Below are positions 42,463-43,188 of a stretch of DNA of 43,188 bases, in pieces. The stretch comes from a virus. Below the pieces are notes generated by a model. The model was given only the letters and a program-made list of their open reading frames with translations, did not search any database and was not told the origin of the DNA. The translations under genes and the position numbers were made by a program. How positions within the stretch are numbered: the first letter of the stretch is position 1; every line of letters begins with the position of its first letter. The DNA lies in IMG/VR virus record IMGVR_UViG_3300045988_081280, one strand, 5' to 3'.

Positions 42463-43188
42463 ATGGCTTTAAGAGATAACCCATATATAATGCTTGACGT
42501 AGATAGCTTTATGAACGACGAAAAGCTGCGGTGTTGTTCCCCGGCTTCCGTTGGGATATATATCCGCTTGCTTTGCGTTTTGCATAAAAGCGACACCTAC
42601 GGAGCAATTTTGTACCAACAAAAGGACTTACAAAAAGCAAAAATTTGTGGGTACAAAAACCCTAACAAAATTCAAATTTTTGTTGCGATGCTTTCGCGCC
42701 AACTTCCGGAAACAAGGGAAGAAATAGAAGCAGCCTTAACGGAACTTTTTGAAGAAGGCGTAATACAAATTTACGACAATAGGCTGGAGCAAAAAAGGAT
42801 GGTCCGGGACGCGGAAATCAGCGAAAAACGCCAACAGGCGCGCTCTCAGAGGCGTAAAGCTCACGAAAGCCAGGCCGCAGAGACACAGGAAGAAACTGAA
42901 TTTTGTACCTACAAAACAGCTAACAAAAATCAAAATTTTGTACCTACAAAATTTGAAAATTTGTTGGATACGTGCGCGCACGCGAATACCTTCTCCTCCT
43001 CTTTAGAAAAAGAAAATATAAAAGAAAAAGAGGATGAAAGTAAAGGAAAGAGGGTGCAGGGGGAAAACCATCCAAAAAGCGACGGTTCGGAAATTTCGGC
43101 CTTCGTTGAGCTTTGGAACGACACCTGCCCGGACTTCCCAAGCGTAAAGAAGCTGACCACTAAGCGCAGGGATAAGATCCGCGCCAGG
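42463..43188 (+). CDS. Replication initiator-like protein, N-terminal part (DUF1376/YdaU-like; runs off the window and continues at nt 3..368)
   Basis: ATG at 42463, hand-translated with no stop to the window end. It is absent from the ORF track because it is open-ended. N-terminus YIMLDVDSFMNDEKLRCCSPASVGIYIRLLCVLHKS. Confidence 0.7.
   Translation, partial: MALRDNPYIMLDVDSFMNDEKLRCCSPASVGIYIRLLCVLHKSDTYGAILYQQKDLQKAKICGYKNPNKIQIFVAMLSRQLPETREEIEAALTELFEEGVIQIYDNRLEQKRMVRDAEISEKRQQARSQRRKAHESQAAETQEETEFCTYKTANKNQNFVPTKFENLLDTCAHANTFSSSLEKENIKEKEDESKGKRVQGENHPKSDGSEISAFVELWNDTCPDFPSVKKLTTKRRDKIRAR
42608..42951. repeat. Iteron-like repeats TTTTGTACCNACAAAA inside the initiator gene (candidate origin of replication)
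   Basis: Exact 16-mers at 42901..42916 and 42936..42951. Variants are at 42608..42623 and, inverted, 42644..42658. Each unit is a near-palindrome TTTTGTA-NN-TACAAAA. Confidence 0.6.
43070..43188. repeat. Terminal overlap, identical to 1..119
   Basis: Exact 119-nt match with the window start. Confidence 0.95.

Larger units (their letters stand above)
1..43188 (+). mobile_element. Complete temperate siphovirus-like phage genome on a circularly closed contig (unit length 43,069 bp)
   Basis: Full set of replication, packaging, head, tail, lysis and lysogeny modules. The two ends are identical over 119 bp. A tape measure protein is present and no sheath gene was seen. Confidence 0.85.

Overview
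The window is a complete, circularly closed genome of a temperate, siphovirus-like dsDNA phage. Nt 1..119 are identical to nt 43070..43188, so the unit length is 43,069 bp. The closure point lies inside a gene, which makes this an assembly overlap rather than a physical end. TAnnTTTG -7 boxes, a Bacteroidales-type tyrosine integrase, CI-type HTH proteins ending in WLLTG+G and a DUF3853-like HTH protein together suggest a Bacteroidota host. This host call is inference.

Almost all genes are on the + strand. In order they are:
- replication: a DnaC-like loader, a DUF4406/DnaA-C-like fusion, a VRR-NUC nuclease and a ParB-methyltransferase fusion
- packaging and head: TerS, TerL, portal, a MuF-like minor head protein, scaffold and major capsid
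- connectors and tail: major tail protein, chaperone pair, 1310-aa tape measure, a LamG/Dit/PKD protein and an 1105-aa tip protein
- a diversity-generating retroelement (DGR)
- lysis: holin, endolysin-like protein and a spanin-like lipoprotein
- a minus-strand lysogeny module: integrase, two small ORFs and a CI-like repressor
- an early region: a LuxR-type regulator, an SMC-like ATPase, RecT, an MBL-fold hydrolase and a replication initiator that carries internal iterons and spans the junction

The most notable feature is the DGR. A 119-nt template repeat (TR, 28371..28489) and a YADD reverse transcriptase sit next to a tail-fibre-like target gene, whose variable repeat (VR1, 27795..27913) differs from the TR almost only at TR adenines. 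A second, truncated variable repeat (VR2, 39366..39441) lies about 11 kb away. It is internal to a small non-structural gene in the recombination module, and it shows the same adenine-only substitution pattern and the same 3' IMH as VR1.

Other signals include a GTATTA-N3-TAATAC palindrome paired with TAnnTTTG boxes at operon starts, and a duplicated ~100-bp regulatory block. There is also a tRNA-like element lacking an anticodon arm, candidate attP arm sites, an operator array and a recurrent TAACAGGAGG gene junction. No rRNA genes, CRISPR arrays or intact tRNA genes were seen. All product calls rest on motifs read by eye and on gene order; no database search was possible.
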